A DNA stretch of 64,000 nt, taken from the IMG/VR virus record IMGVR_UViG_3300025437_000009; one strand, 5' to 3'. Below are positions 63,364-64,000 of the stretch, piece after piece (within the stretch, counting starts at the first letter, position 1; each line of letters starts with the position of its first letter). This DNA is from a virus. Lineage: Duplodnaviria; Caudoviricetes. Below the pieces are notes generated by a model. The model was given only the letters and a program-made list of their open reading frames with translations. It was not told the DNA's origin and searched no databases. A program made the translations under genes and the position numbers.

Positions 63364-63963
63364 TTATACAGATTCGTTAGTGCGCTGATATTCCGAAGCT
63401 CGACCGTCAAGGCTAACATGCCAAGCATAGAATTTGGTATTGGGGTACTCCTTCTTTAGGGCCACAAAAGACTCTAAATTAGGAACAGCATCATCATACA
63501 TGATGGCTTTGCTATAAGGATGTTTCTTTAACAGTTCGCTGATGATGAGTTGTTTCTTGGTTTCTGTGGGTATACGATCTTTGATGTTACCCGCACGATA
63601 CACGTGTACACGACTCATATCTATACCATACTTACGGAAGGTATCCAAGAACAGCTCACGGTCATTGAAATCTTCGCGTGCCGTGACCATGACCACTTTG
63701 TTGCCGGTATTGATGTCCTGTTTGAGTTGATTGATCATTGGTATGATTGGACGTGCTTTTTCAAAGAATTCGCGTGCATCACGGAAGTCGCCAAAGTCAA
63801 ATGATTCTCCAGGCTGTAGTTTATAGTGTGTGAATTCGTGGCTGTTGAGACTTTTAACAACTCGACCGCCTTTGATCACGTGTACCTTGGTCTGAGTATG
63901 AACCAGAGTATCATCAATATCAAAGATCACCAGTTTTGTTGGCTGTATTTCTTGAGCTCTCAT
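63364..63963 (-). CDS. HAD-family phosphatase (polynucleotide-kinase/phosphatase-like)
   Basis: LVIFDIDDTL, VTAR, MYDD. Confidence 0.75.
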   Translation of the reverse strand: MRAQEIQPTKLVIFDIDDTLVHTQTKVHVIKGGRVVKSLNSHEFTHYKLQPGESFDFGDFRDAREFFEKARPIIPMINQLKQDINTGNKVVMVTAREDFNDRELFLDTFRKYGIDMSRVHVYRAGNIKDRIPTETKKQLIISELLKKHPYSKAIMYDDAVPNLESFVALKKEYPNTKFYAWHVSLDGRASEYQRTNESV

Positions 63964-64000
63964 CTGGCGCTCGCTACAAAACGCAGGTCTCTACTGATAG

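Noticed and set aside
1-64000. Other short antisense ORFs in the six-frame track (e.g. 138..380, 7718..8041, 34336..34686, 54365..54604)
   Set aside because: Fully overlap well-supported genes or the tmRNA on the other strand and lack start signals
1-64000. CRISPR array or cas genes
   Set aside because: No regularly spaced 23-47-bp repeats with unique spacers; the recurrent ~32-bp motif is a dispersed promoter
1-64000. Stop-codon reassignment as in some jumbo phages
   Set aside because: Conserved genes (clpA, ligase, phoH, rSAM) are full length in code 11; the only split (DctP) is a frame offset, not an in-frame stop

Overview
AT-rich fragment of a large (jumbo-type) tailed phage genome, almost entirely minus-strand and densely coding in the standard genetic code; no CRISPR array, rRNA or true tRNA seen. 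Two promoter classes are visible: T4-like late motifs ((A)TAAATA) and sigma70-like TTGAC-N17-TATAAT promoters. Spanins, a Tat motif and Bug/TctC and DctP solute-binding proteins point to a Gram-negative, probably proteobacterial, host (inference). Content in order: putative capsid-targeted modular proteins (0-5 kb); ClpA and DnaJ; lysis genes (3TM holin, spanins, GH19 endolysin); a PP-loop/TctC/split-DctP cassette; PhoH; clamp loader, GroES and a stand-alone DnaE N-terminal fragment; baseplate/tail-fibre genes; SOD and IF-1; an array of small paralogues; AhpC/AhpD with a duplicated ahpD 3' end; DNA ligase; a circularly permuted two-piece tmRNA; and a late operon with a radical SAM/SPASM enzyme, a desaturase, an Asn-Cys-repeat protein and four 2OG-Fe(II) oxygenases. 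That last operon is the best candidate for an undescribed system (RiPP-like modification of a possibly virion-associated protein). Also notable are an internal Tat signal exposed by a predicted prohead-protease cut inside an 18-bp direct-repeat-flanked module, and repeated promoter-embedded hairpins that occlude ribosome-binding sites. Family assignments come from motif recognition only; no searches were run.
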